A DNA stretch of 64,000 nucleotides from Clostridia bacterium (GCA_017616855.1 JAFZXI010000010.1:5489-69488), one strand, 5' to 3'. Shown: positions 38,330 to 47,221, numbered from the stretch's first letter. Numbers and translations: made by a program. The notes: generated from the letters alone by a model not told the origin.

Positions 38330-38576
38330 TTACTACGCCCAACTCCTTTTCTACATCGTCAATTGCAAACCAACCGTCCTCATTTCCGCTACGCTCACCT
38401 TTTGCCAGTTCGCTCATTAGTTTTAATACAGCTCGTGTCTTTTCGTATTCGTCCATATCAACGATAGCATAGCGTCCTCTCCCGTTTTTCGTAAGAAAGA
38501 CGGGCTCACCTACTGCAATGTCACGCAGTACTTCGTTATAGTTCCGCAAATCGGATACAGGCTTAATATTAGGCAT
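38322..38576 (-). CDS. Type II antitoxin, Phd/YefM family
   Basis: MPNIKPVSDLRNYNEVLRDIAVGEPVFLTKNGRGRYAIVDMDEY is a Phd/YefM N-terminal fold signature. The start is taken at ATG 38576, not the track's 38642. Confidence 0.8.
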   Translation of the reverse strand: MPNIKPVSDLRNYNEVLRDIAVGEPVFLTKNGRGRYAIVDMDEYEKTRAVLKLMSELAKGERSGNEDGWFAIDDVEKELGVVNG

Positions 38577-38735
38577 AATCTTATCCCCTTTCATATTTGC
38601 TGTTATTATTGTATCACAATTCATCGTAAAATACAACAGCAAAGTGTGTAGTTTGCAAATAATTTTTCCTCACTCGATGTGCTTTGCTATTCTGTACCGA
38701 TAATCAGCTCAATACAAACGTCTATTCAATTATTT

Positions 38736-40168
38736 TGTTTCACATATTCAAGTTTGACTTCCGGACTTTAGCCGGCTCTTTGCGCTCAACACATCTTATT
38801 CTGTTTCTCTGAAAGCGTTTATGTTACAATTGTCTTCAAAGGGAGATGATTAGTATGAATAAAAAATACAGCGCTTTTGAAAAGCAAGCCGCAGTTGAGC
38901 GCTATCGCATAGGCGAGTCCGTTTCAAGCATTGTGTCGGATACCGGCATCCCTCGCAGTACCATATACACCTGGATTAAACATACCGCCGATGAGGCCTC
39001 TGCCAAACCGACCGTTTCCTTGAAAAACTACCGCTTTCTCGAGAAAAAAGTCAAACGACTGCAAGGCATCATTGAAATACTGAAAAGAGTTGGTTGCTCC
39101 GCTCTTGATCCTCTCAGTACAAAGCTCGCCGCTATGGAAGCATTACAAGATCAATACAGTGTGCATATGCTCTGTGAAGCGCTTGAAGTTCCAAGAGGAA
39201 CTTATTACAATTTCATTCTGCGAAACAAACGAACGCACACCTGGTATGCAAAGCGTCGGGAAGAGCTCAGACTGGAGATACAACGCATTTATGACGACAG
39301 TCATCAAATATTCGGCTCCGGCAAAATCTGCGCCATTATGAAAGAAAACGGCATACGCGTATCAAAAGAAATGGTATCTGAACTCATGCGTGATATGGGC
39401 CTTGTAAGTATTCGACAAAACGCCAAGGACTTATATGACAAGGAACAAAGGCGCTTCAAAAACTATCTGAATCAGCAATTCACCGTTACACGTCCTAATG
39501 AAGTTTGGGTAAGCGACGTAACGTGTTTCCGTTATAAAAACAAGAACTACTATGTCTGCGTGATCTTGGATCTTTTCTCCAGACTTGCCGTGGGATACCG
39601 CATAGGGAAAGCTAACAGCACTCAGCTTATCAGAAGCACTTTTCAGATGGCATATGAGCAACGACGCCCAACCGAACAGCTTATCTTCCACACCGACCGC
39701 GGTACTAACTTTCGGGCAAAATCATTCTGTTCTCTTTTGCGTTCGCTCGGCATCACTCAGTCTTTTTCAAGAGCCCATATCCCGTACGACAATTCGGTTA
39801 TGGAATCATTTTTCTCCAACTTAAAGAGAGAGGAATTATACCGAACAAAATACCGCTCTGAAAACGAATTCCGCACATCGGTAGACAAGTATATGACTTT
39901 TTATAACGAGCGACGTCCCCACGCAAAGAATGGATACAAGACGCCGCTAAGTAAAGAACTGGATTTTCTCAATAAACAAGCCGCTTTGGAGCAATTATTA
40001 AACTAGACAAGGGGGTTCGGATTGTAAAGATTTTTCGTTTCCGATTCTCATTTTGTGCTTTTTTGTTTTTCATGTCCAATTTGAAGCTTTAGATTATAAA
40101 GCTGTAAACCCGCAGAAAAACAGGAACAATAAAGAAACACCCTTTGTTGTCCAAACCCAGGGGGTTCA
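38736..40168 (+). mobile_element. IS3-family insertion sequence; boundaries uncertain and the left end is not resolved
   Basis: Transposase CDS inside. The candidate right terminal repeat ends in ...CA at 40168 (reverse complement TGAACCCCCTGGGTTTGGACAAC, IS3/IS150-like). I could not find a convincing matching left inverted repeat. Confidence 0.4.
38855..40006 (+). CDS. IS3-family transposase, single continuous ORF (HTH plus DDE/rve domain)
   Basis: N-terminal HTH (IPRSTIYTWIK). DDE residues in WVSDVTCF, HTDRGTNF and DNSVMESFFSNLKRE. ATG 38855 has GGGAG 9 nt upstream. Confidence 0.85.
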   Translation: MNKKYSAFEKQAAVERYRIGESVSSIVSDTGIPRSTIYTWIKHTADEASAKPTVSLKNYRFLEKKVKRLQGIIEILKRVGCSALDPLSTKLAAMEALQDQYSVHMLCEALEVPRGTYYNFILRNKRTHTWYAKRREELRLEIQRIYDDSHQIFGSGKICAIMKENGIRVSKEMVSELMRDMGLVSIRQNAKDLYDKEQRRFKNYLNQQFTVTRPNEVWVSDVTCFRYKNKNYYVCVILDLFSRLAVGYRIGKANSTQLIRSTFQMAYEQRRPTEQLIFHTDRGTNFRAKSFCSLLRSLGITQSFSRAHIPYDNSVMESFFSNLKREELYRTKYRSENEFRTSVDKYMTFYNERRPHAKNGYKTPLSKELDFLNKQAALEQLLN

Positions 40169-40189
40169 GATTCCAAAGGATGTTTCACA

Positions 40190-40263
40190 TGGTTGGAGCG
40201 GCAGGAATTGAACCTGCATCAACGGAGTCAAAGTCCGTTGCCTTACCATTAGGCCACGCCCCA
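40190..40263 (-). tRNA. tRNA-Gln (anticodon TTG), CCA encoded
   Basis: Hand-folded. U1:A72 acceptor TGGGGCG/CGCTCCA, anticodon loop CTTTGAC, T-arm GCAGG-TTCAATT-CCTGC. Confidence 0.85.
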
Positions 40264-40327
40264 ATATTGAGTTTTTATAAAGCCGCCCGTTGTTGCCGTA
40301 TCGGCATCGGCAAGGCGTCTTTATTGC

Positions 40328-40357
40328 AAAAGAGCATCGCACGTGCGATGCTCTTTT
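40328..40357. terminator. Perfect 15-bp palindrome hairpin between tRNA-His and tRNA-Gln
   Basis: aaaagagcatcgcac/gtgcgatgctctttt. Confidence 0.6.
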
Positions 40358-40363
40358 GCCGGT

Positions 40364-40441
40364 TGGGGTGGATGATCGGATTCGAACCGACGACCCCCAG
40401 GGCCACAACCTGGTACTCTAACCAGCTGAGCTACATCCACC
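40364..40441 (-). tRNA. tRNA-His (anticodon GTG) with encoded G-1 and CCA
   Basis: Hand-folded. G-1 opposite C73, anticodon loop TTGTGGC, T-arm GTCGG-TTCGAAT-CCGAT. Confidence 0.85.
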
Positions 40442-40494
40442 GTGTCCCACGATATTGACCGCTTCACAGAGTTTCGGCCCTGATAATAGGCCGC

Positions 40495-40571
<77 letters not shown>

Positions 40572-40746
40572 ATATTCTCCGCGTTTCCGCAGGCAAGTTG
40601 TATTTTAACACCAAAGAGCGCCTATGTCAAGAAAAACTACGCCCAAACGGGCGATTTTTTTCTTTTTTTCCGAAAGCGGCCTCAGCGTCTTGATTTATCC
40701 GCCGTCATTTGTTATAATAGACGCAGAAATCAAAGAGGTGATCGAC

Positions 40747-41895
40747 TTGAAGAGAATCATTGCGCTCATACTTTTTGCGGCGTTATGCCTTACCTGCGCG
40801 GCATGCAGCAAGCGCGAACAGGACGCCTCCTCGGGCGACGGCTCCGAAACCAACTCGTCCGCGTATTCCTCGCAGCCGGATCCGTCGTCGTCAGGCGCGG
40901 AGCCGCTGATCGTTAAGCTCGATCTCGGTGAGCTCGCCGGCGCGGAAAGTCTCGATGAGATCTTCGACTACGGCAACGGACTCCTCGGCGCCGTCATCAC
41001 GAAGACCGTCGACGACGAACAGCAGACCGTCCTGCGCTTCATCGACACGAACTACGGCACACTGCTGACCGACGAATACGTCGTCGGCGGCGCCGGCTTC
41101 ATCGCGACTGTCGACCGCGGCAACCTGCATTATATATGCTTTGAGGAAAACTCCGTCGCCATCAGCGGCGATCCGCACGGCAATCTCAATGTCGAGCAGA
41201 GCGATTTCCTCTTCAGATACGATTCCGACGATAACCTCCTCTACACCGTCGACGGTGAATGGTACGCCTGCCGCGAGGAAGACGCGGTTGTCGTCAACGT
41301 CGAAAGCAACGAAGACTTCACCCCTTACGTCGGTTTCCACGACCCCGAAGATTTCGAAAACAACACCGCCTCGGCTCCCGCGGGCTTCACCGACGATTAT
41401 TTCATCTTCAACGTCATCGGCTACGAATGGCCCTACGGCTACGGCGTTTATAACATGAAGACGGGCGAAACGCAGCTCTTCGACCAGCAATACGGCGTAT
41501 ACGTTTCCCCCGCGAAGCATCACAAGACGAATCGCGTCCCTTACAACCTCGATCACGACGGCTTCGGCTACATCGAGCTTTCCGACCCCGGAAAACAGAT
41601 ACCGCTCTTTGACACGCAGAACCCCTTTGACGGCGACGAGCCGTTCCGCGCGGTATTCGGCGACTCCTACTACTTCACCGCCGAGAGCGTAGCGGGCGGC
41701 AAGTATCTCGGTGTGCTCGGCGAAACGCCGGACAACGGTATGGTTTTCGCCGCTTATGATTTCCAAACCTTCAAAAAGGTCTGCGAGCACAGAGACCCCG
41801 ATTTCTGCAACGGCTACGTTTTCTGCGGAAACGCCGCGGCGTTCCAATACAACTCGATAGACTACGCCGGCGTGACGGTAATCACGCTGCCGTAA
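40747..41895 (+). CDS. Hypothetical lipoprotein
   Basis: Lipobox LTCAAC after LKRIIALILFAAL. I prefer TTG 40747 (AGAGGTG upstream). The track's ATG 40624 would run into the tRNA promoter region. Confidence 0.5.
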   Translation: MKRIIALILFAALCLTCAACSKREQDASSGDGSETNSSAYSSQPDPSSSGAEPLIVKLDLGELAGAESLDEIFDYGNGLLGAVITKTVDDEQQTVLRFIDTNYGTLLTDEYVVGGAGFIATVDRGNLHYICFEENSVAISGDPHGNLNVEQSDFLFRYDSDDNLLYTVDGEWYACREEDAVVVNVESNEDFTPYVGFHDPEDFENNTASAPAGFTDDYFIFNVIGYEWPYGYGVYNMKTGETQLFDQQYGVYVSPAKHHKTNRVPYNLDHDGFGYIELSDPGKQIPLFDTQNPFDGDEPFRAVFGDSYYFTAESVAGGKYLGVLGETPDNGMVFAAYDFQTFKKVCEHRDPDFCNGYVFCGNAAAFQYNSIDYAGVTVITLP

Positions 41896-42009
41896 AACAA
41901 TACTTTGATAACGCGAAGACCGAAGCAAGCGCTTCGGTCTTCTTTTTTTGCGTTTATTTACGTCCGCCGCGGGCAGAATATACCGTGAATCATTGCGGGA
42001 GGTGGCGGA

Positions 42010-43404
42010 ATGACGGCAAAAACGGTTTTCAAGCGCGGCGCGAGGGAAAACGCGGACGCGGTCAAAGCGCTTTTCGCCGAGAATATCGACCTCGCGGAGC
42101 GAAGCGTTTGCGGCGTCGACGGGACAGAGTATCTGCTGCTTTTCCTCGACTGCTTCGCAGACAAGGACGCGCTGCAGCGCTTCGTCATACCGCCGCTCGC
42201 GGCTTCGACGGCGGAAACGCCGCCCGATTCGCTTCACGCCGCCGCGGAAGTGAAGTTTCCCTCCTCGCCCGAAGAGGCCGCGGAGCTGCTTTGCGCGGGC
42301 AGCGCCCTGCTGTTTTACGGCGGCGAAGCGCAGGCGCTCGCGCTGAAAAAGCCCGCCGACGAAACAGGAAAGGAATCCTCGCCGGAAAACATAATCCTCG
42401 GGCCGCACGCCCGCTTCGGCAACTCCTGCAAGCGCAACGTCGCGCTCCTGCGCGACTGCATACGCACGCCCGCGCTCGCTTCGGCGGAGTTTTCGCTGCA
42501 GAACGGGACGCTGACGAAGGTCGTCCTCTGCTACGTTGAAGGCGTCGCGGACGGCGGCGCCGTCGAAGCCGCGAAGAAGCGCGTATTTTCCTGCGCCGCA
42601 TCCGGCGTCGGAAGCGTGACGGAGTTCATCGAGCTTTTCAAAGAGGACCGCCTCAGCCCGTTCCCGCAGTACGTGACGTCCGAGCGTCCCGACCGCGTGA
42701 CAGAGGCGCTCCTTCGCGGCTGTGTCGCCGTGATACCGGACAGCTCGCCCTGGGCGATACTCGCGCCTGTCAGCTTCGCGGACTTCCTTAAAAGTCCGGA
42801 AGACGCACATTCACCGTGGATATACGCGAGTCTGATACGCCTGCTGCGCTTTATAAGCGTCGCGATAACGATAATCACTCCGGCTCTCTACGTCGCGGTG
42901 ATGTCGTTCCATCCGCGCATGCTGCCGGTCAAGCTCATGCTTTCGGCGGCGAGCGGGCGCGCCGCGGTGCCCCTCCCCGCGATAGCGGAGGTGGTGATAA
43001 TGGAGATATTTATCGAGCTGCTGCGCGAAGCGTCGACCTCCATGCCGTCCAACGTCGGCTCCACGATAAGCATCGTAGGCGGCATCGTGATAGGCGAAGC
43101 CGCGATTTCCGCGGGGCTCGCGAGTCCGCTGCTCGTCGTGATAATCGCGATATCCGCGATAACTTCGTTCACGATACCCGTCTATTCTATGGTTATTTCG
43201 CTGCGGACTGTGCGTTTTTTCTCGCTGCTGCTGGCAAGCGTATTCGGTTTTTACGGGCTGATAATGTCGCTTATATTCATGATAGTTCACATGGCGTCGC
43301 TGAAGAGTCTGGGGCGCGAATACCTCTTCCCCGTCGCTCCGCTGCGCCCGAAGTTGTGGAAGCGCGACGTTCTGCGGCTCCCGCTGCGCTGGACACGGGG
43401 GTGA
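42010..43404 (+). CDS. Spore germinant receptor subunit A (GerA/GerKA family)
   Basis: GerA-family architecture: soluble N-terminal domain plus C-terminal TM bundle with IGEAAISAGL-type motifs. First gene of an A-B-C operon. Confidence 0.85.
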   Translation: MTAKTVFKRGARENADAVKALFAENIDLAERSVCGVDGTEYLLLFLDCFADKDALQRFVIPPLAASTAETPPDSLHAAAEVKFPSSPEEAAELLCAGSALLFYGGEAQALALKKPADETGKESSPENIILGPHARFGNSCKRNVALLRDCIRTPALASAEFSLQNGTLTKVVLCYVEGVADGGAVEAAKKRVFSCAASGVGSVTEFIELFKEDRLSPFPQYVTSERPDRVTEALLRGCVAVIPDSSPWAILAPVSFADFLKSPEDAHSPWIYASLIRLLRFISVAITIITPALYVAVMSFHPRMLPVKLMLSAASGRAAVPLPAIAEVVIMEIFIELLREASTSMPSNVGSTISIVGGIVIGEAAISAGLASPLLVVIIAISAITSFTIPVYSMVISLRTVRFFSLLLASVFGFYGLIMSLIFMIVHMASLKSLGREYLFPVAPLRPKLWKRDVLRLPLRWTRG

Positions 43405-43408
43405 AGCG

Positions 43409-44524
43409 ATGAAAGGTCTGACTCGCAACGACGGAGTTTCGGTGACCCAGCTTTGCGTGCTGACGGCGATGGGGCTCGGCATGGGCATACCGAACGCCAA
43501 CGTAACTTATATGTCGCCCTACGGACAGGGGTTTATAACCAACTGCGCGATAGCGATATGCTTCACGCTTGTCGCGCTCGTGCCGGTAGTACTGCTCGTG
43601 AAAGCGTACCCGGGGCGTACGCTTTACGAATACTCTCCGGTGCTGCTCGGAAAGGCGGGCGGAGCCGCGCTGAACGCACTCATCGTCCTGCTCGCGATAT
43701 GGACCGCGGCGAGCGAGATACGCCCGACGATGAATATACTGCGCTCGTACCTGCTTCCGCACACGCCGGTCGCGGTAACGACGGCGCTTATGATTGCCGC
43801 GGCGTGCTACGCCGTCCGCGGAGGGGTAAACTCTATCGCGAGATGCGGCGAAGTCTTCTTCGTTATCGCGGCGGTATGCCTCGCGGTAGTTATCGCGATG
43901 GCGGCGCCGTACCTCGATTTCACCTACTTTTCGCGCCACCTGCGCTTCGCGGGAGCGGAACGCGCGTTTGAGGCGTCATTTTCCATTTTCTCCGGCTTTT
44001 TCCCGCTGTGGGCGTTGACTTTCTTCGCGCCGTTTTCGCGGAGAAAACGGCTGTTTACGCCGCTTGCGCTAACCGTGGCGTCGGCGGGCGCGGTTTTTCT
44101 GTTTATGGCGGCGGTCGTGGAGTCGGTTTTCGGCTCCGCACTCTCTACGGAGATGTTCTCGCCGCTGCTTGAATTATCGAAACTGATAGGCAGCGATTCC
44201 GGTTTGATGCCGGAGCGCTCGAATATTATTTTCATGGTATTGTATCGGCTTCTGCCGCGTTTTGTCAACTGCGCCGCGGCGCTCTGGATAGCGGCGCTCG
44301 GACTGGTATCCTTCTTCCCGAAGCTGAAGATCTCCGTTGCGGGAGCCGTCGCTTCAGCCGCCGCGTACGCGTTTCTGCTCATGCCGATGAACGACGCGCA
44401 GATGATCGCCGCCGGGCACCTTTGCGATCTCGCGCAGGTCGGATTCCTGCCCGTCGCGCTGCTGCTATTGCTTATACGGACTGTAAAGAAAAGGAGGGCT
44501 GCAAGATGCGGATACGCGGTCTGA
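43409..44524 (+). CDS. Spore germinant receptor subunit B (GerAB, APC-transporter-like, ~10 TM)
   Basis: Polytopic membrane protein immediately after the A subunit. Confidence 0.8.
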   Translation: MKGLTRNDGVSVTQLCVLTAMGLGMGIPNANVTYMSPYGQGFITNCAIAICFTLVALVPVVLLVKAYPGRTLYEYSPVLLGKAGGAALNALIVLLAIWTAASEIRPTMNILRSYLLPHTPVAVTTALMIAAACYAVRGGVNSIARCGEVFFVIAAVCLAVVIAMAAPYLDFTYFSRHLRFAGAERAFEASFSIFSGFFPLWALTFFAPFSRRKRLFTPLALTVASAGAVFLFMAAVVESVFGSALSTEMFSPLLELSKLIGSDSGLMPERSNIIFMVLYRLLPRFVNCAAALWIAALGLVSFFPKLKISVAGAVASAAAYAFLLMPMNDAQMIAAGHLCDLAQVGFLPVALLLLLIRTVKKRRAARCGYAV

Positions 44525-45624
44525 TCGCGGCGTTCGCCGCTTTACCGTTCCTCCTTTGCGGCTGCTGGGACAACGTCGACATCAGCAGGCAAAACTACGC
44601 GATGTCGCTCTGGCTCGGCGCGGACGAAAACGGCATCGACTGCCTCGTTCAATGCTGCGACCCCGTGGCATCCGCGGACGGCGACGGGACCGCCAACACA
44701 ATCGACGTCGCCGGATGCGGCGGCAACATCTCCGCGGCGCTCGCGGAAGCGACCCGCAATTCGAGCAAAACGATAACCTACGAGCACCTTCAGCTCATTG
44801 TTATCGACAAATCGCTCTATAAAGAATACGCTTCGGAATGCATGGCGTATTTCCTGCGCTCCGCCGACGTGCAGAAGACCGTCGACGTCGTGATAAGCGG
44901 AGACGATCCCGCAGCGATGTTTGAGATAAAGCCGGCGGGCGAAGCGTTTTACGAATACGTTACCGGCCTGCTCGCCTCGGATATCCCGTCGGAATCGCGG
45001 CTGATCGGCGGCTCCTCCCTGCTCGTCGCCTGCCGCGCCGAAAAGGACGGCCACGCGTTTTTTCTTAACAAAATACGCTATGATGAGGATGCCGAAACTA
45101 TCCTGACCGACGGAGTCGGAGTCTTTTCAAACGGCGGATTCGTCGGAGAGATTTCCGCTGACGAATGGGAGTATTTCCGGCTTTTTGAAAAGCGTGATAC
45201 GGAGTTCAACGTCAACTGCGACGTCGCCGGATACGGCAGCAATATGGGCTTTCGCTGCATTTCGAGCCGCTGCCGGCTTTTCGCCGAGCAGACGGACTGC
45301 GGCTTCGCGCTCCGCGCTGTGACCGAAGCGAGCTTCACGCTGAGCGAACAGCCGCAGGGCGACGCGCGCACCGCGCTTGACCGCGGTTTCTACCCCGCCG
45401 CCGAGGACGCGCTCCGCCGCGAAGTGAAACGCAGGTGCGAAGCGCTCGCTTTCATCGCGCAGAAGCGGCTGCGCGCGGATTTCATCGGCTTCGGAAAAGC
45501 CGCCGAGGATTCCTGTCCGGACTGGTGGGAGGAAAACCGTGAAAAATGGGACGAGGTCTTCGCCTCGTCCCCGATAAGCTTCGATATAACCTGCTCCGTC
45601 ATTTCCGGCGGCGACGCTAAGTAG
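44506..45624 (+). CDS. Spore germinant receptor subunit C lipoprotein (Ger(x)C family)
   Basis: Lipobox LLCGC followed by WD..D. Start ATG 44506 with AAAGGAGGG. Overlaps the end of the B subunit. Confidence 0.8.
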   Translation: MRIRGLIAAFAALPFLLCGCWDNVDISRQNYAMSLWLGADENGIDCLVQCCDPVASADGDGTANTIDVAGCGGNISAALAEATRNSSKTITYEHLQLIVIDKSLYKEYASECMAYFLRSADVQKTVDVVISGDDPAAMFEIKPAGEAFYEYVTGLLASDIPSESRLIGGSSLLVACRAEKDGHAFFLNKIRYDEDAETILTDGVGVFSNGGFVGEISADEWEYFRLFEKRDTEFNVNCDVAGYGSNMGFRCISSRCRLFAEQTDCGFALRAVTEASFTLSEQPQGDARTALDRGFYPAAEDALRREVKRRCEALAFIAQKRLRADFIGFGKAAEDSCPDWWEENREKWDEVFASSPISFDITCSVISGGDAK

Positions 45625-45714
45625 TTTTTTAACAAAAACTTCCGGTCATATCGCGCGCGAAAACGCGAATAATAAACTTGCAAACGCTAATCTGACGAAA
45701 AAGGAGAGGTATTT

Positions 45715-45906
45715 GTGAGTAGAAACGGAACGCTCGTTCCCCAGGCCAAGGATGCTCTGAACCGCTTCAAGATGGAAGCCGCCAGCGAAGTCGGCGTCAA
45801 CCTCAAGCAGGGCTATAACGGCGACCTGACCTCCCGCCAGGCGGGCAGCGTCGGCGGCCAGATGGTCAAGAAGATGATCCAGGCGTACGAAAACGGCATG
45901 AAATAA
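45715..45906 (+). CDS. Alpha/beta-type small acid-soluble spore protein
   Basis: KMEAASEVGV and GGQMVKKMI conserved SASP blocks. 63 aa. GTG start with AAAGGAGAGG. Confidence 0.85.
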   Translation: MSRNGTLVPQAKDALNRFKMEAASEVGVNLKQGYNGDLTSRQAGSVGGQMVKKMIQAYENGMK

Positions 45907-46010
45907 CACCGTCCGAAGGGACGGACGCCGCCCTCTTCCTCCGGCGGCGTGCCAGAAAACAGGAAAGGGAGCGCGCTTATGCGTGCTCCCTTTCGTTGTT
46001 TAACGGTTTA

Positions 46011-46238
46011 TTACTGTCTTGCCTCGATGAACTTTACGACATCGCCGACGGTTCTGATGTTTTCAATCTCCTCGTCCGGCACTTCAACGCCGAACTCTTC
46101 CTCGATAGTCATCACGAGGTCCACGATGTCGAGGGAATCGGCGCCGAGATCCTCAATGATGAGGGATTCCTCGGTCACGTTTTCGGGATCAAGATCGAGC
46201 TGATCGCAGATCATGTCTCTGAGCTTTTCGAATACCAC
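46011..46238 (-). CDS. acpP: Acyl carrier protein
   Basis: EDLGADSLDIVDLVMTIEEEFGVEVPDEE with the phosphopantetheine Ser in DSL. 75 aa. Confidence 0.9.
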   Translation of the reverse strand: MVFEKLRDMICDQLDLDPENVTEESLIIEDLGADSLDIVDLVMTIEEEFGVEVPDEEIENIRTVGDVVKFIEARQ

Positions 46239-46335
46239 GTTTCTTCCTCCGTTTCAATTGCTGTTTGCTTTGATAAAATGATAAACCTTTATAGCGGTTT
46301 TGTCAATATATTTTTGCGAATTGGCTTGAACCGCG

Positions 46336-46821
46336 TCAGAACAACGGCTTTTCCTCAAACGAGAAAAACTTCACTACGGGCTTGAAAACCGGCTTATTAC
46401 GGAGTCTTTCATACTCCTCCGTCGCGGAGTTGTAATCGGCGTATTTTTCCGCTATTTCCGCCTCGAGAGCGTCGAGCTTTTCGCAAATCTCCGCTCCCCT
46501 GCCCTCGGAAAGCTCGGCGGCGTGCTCAGCGCGGTACGCGGATAGCGCTTCGCACATGAGCTTGTCGTGTTCGACGCGCTCCTCGGCGCGCTCGGCGTGG
46601 ATTGCCTTCTCGCGCTCGTCGGAAACGGCTTCGCCTCCGCCGCAGAGCTCGAGCAGCTCCGGCAGCGCTTCGTAGCGGCGAATGAACGCTTCGTCCAGGT
46701 TGACGTATTTGCCTTCGGATACGATCTTTCTGATGCTCAGCTTGTTGAACATCCTTATCGTGATGAACGCCGCGATAAACAGCAGCGTGACGACGCAAAG
46801 TATAATTATTCCTGCAACCAT
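46336..46821 (-). CDS. LemA-like membrane-anchored protein
   Basis: N-terminal TM, then FNKL...RRYEALPELLE and YADYNSATEEY blocks that resemble the LemA family. The match is weak. Confidence 0.45.
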   Translation of the reverse strand: MVAGIIILCVVTLLFIAAFITIRMFNKLSIRKIVSEGKYVNLDEAFIRRYEALPELLELCGGGEAVSDEREKAIHAERAEERVEHDKLMCEALSAYRAEHAAELSEGRGAEICEKLDALEAEIAEKYADYNSATEEYERLRNKPVFKPVVKFFSFEEKPLF

Positions 46822-46895
46822 AGTTTTAATTCCCGCCTTTCGCGGATATTATACCATACGTCAGCGAAAAACGGAAGATAATTTATAAAAAACTA

Positions 46896-46924
46896 TTGAC
46901 AACCCCGCTTTTCTGTGCTAAAAT
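46896..46924 (+). promoter_or_regulatory. SigA-type promoter: TTGACA-17 nt-TAAAAT
   Basis: Consensus -35 at 46896-46901 and -10 at 46919-46924, directly upstream of the T-box leader. Confidence 0.65.
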
Positions 46925-46939
46925 CCCAACATATTCAAA

Positions 46940-47194
46940 GGCAACGAAGAGGAGTAGTACCCCGCACCTTCGGAGCATAGAGAGCGGCGGACGGTGGAAG
47001 CGCCGCGTTCGGAAGCGGGTGAAGTAGCCTCGGAGCCGCGGATCGAACGGCGCAAAGCGCTCATTAGTCTCCGCTGCGGACCGCCGCCGCATTACCAAAG
47101 GGCACGGAGTTTTTGCTCCGGATGAGTGCGTGCTTCGGCACGAATTCGGGTGGTACCGCGCTGATGCGTCCCGGCTGTATGGCCGGGCTTTTTT
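46940..47194 (+). promoter_or_regulatory. T-box riboswitch leader, apparent specifier GUA (Val)
   Basis: - K-turn and lower helix GGC..GAGG / CCTC..GCC.
- Specifier loop: AGTAGTA on the 5' side, GAA-GTA-G on the 3' side (47021-47027).
- AG bay AGAGAG (46979-84).
- Distal loop GGTGGAA (46993-99).
- T-box sequence aattcGGGTGGTACCGCG (47143-60).
- Terminator cccggc/gccggg plus T6 (47168-94). Confidence 0.8.
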
Positions 47195-47221
47195 ATTGTC
47201 ATTTCTTTTTCGGAGGCAGCT

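Noticed and set aside
39044-39050. AAAAAAG run as a programmed -1 frameshift site in the IS3 transposase
   Set aside because: The transposase is one continuous ORF through this site, and the heptamer is not in the X XXY YYZ register of the zero frame. No frameshift is needed.
38736-40190. 10-bp direct repeat tgtttcacat (38736-45 and 40181-90) as a target-site duplication of the IS
   Set aside because: IS3-family elements make 3-5-bp duplications. The sequences just inside the two copies are not inverted repeats of each other, and the right copy touches the tRNA-Gln 3' end. This is probably coincidence.
40891-42810. 639-aa minus-strand ORF. The same pattern applies to 46883..48706 (-), 54673..57279 (+), 61938..63227 (+), 8674..10164 (+), 10161..11351 (+), 20220..22543 (-) and others.
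   Set aside because: All are long antisense shadows of well-supported genes. They are Arg/Ala/Gly/Val-rich, overlap several sense genes and their intergenic gaps, and have no recognisable domains.
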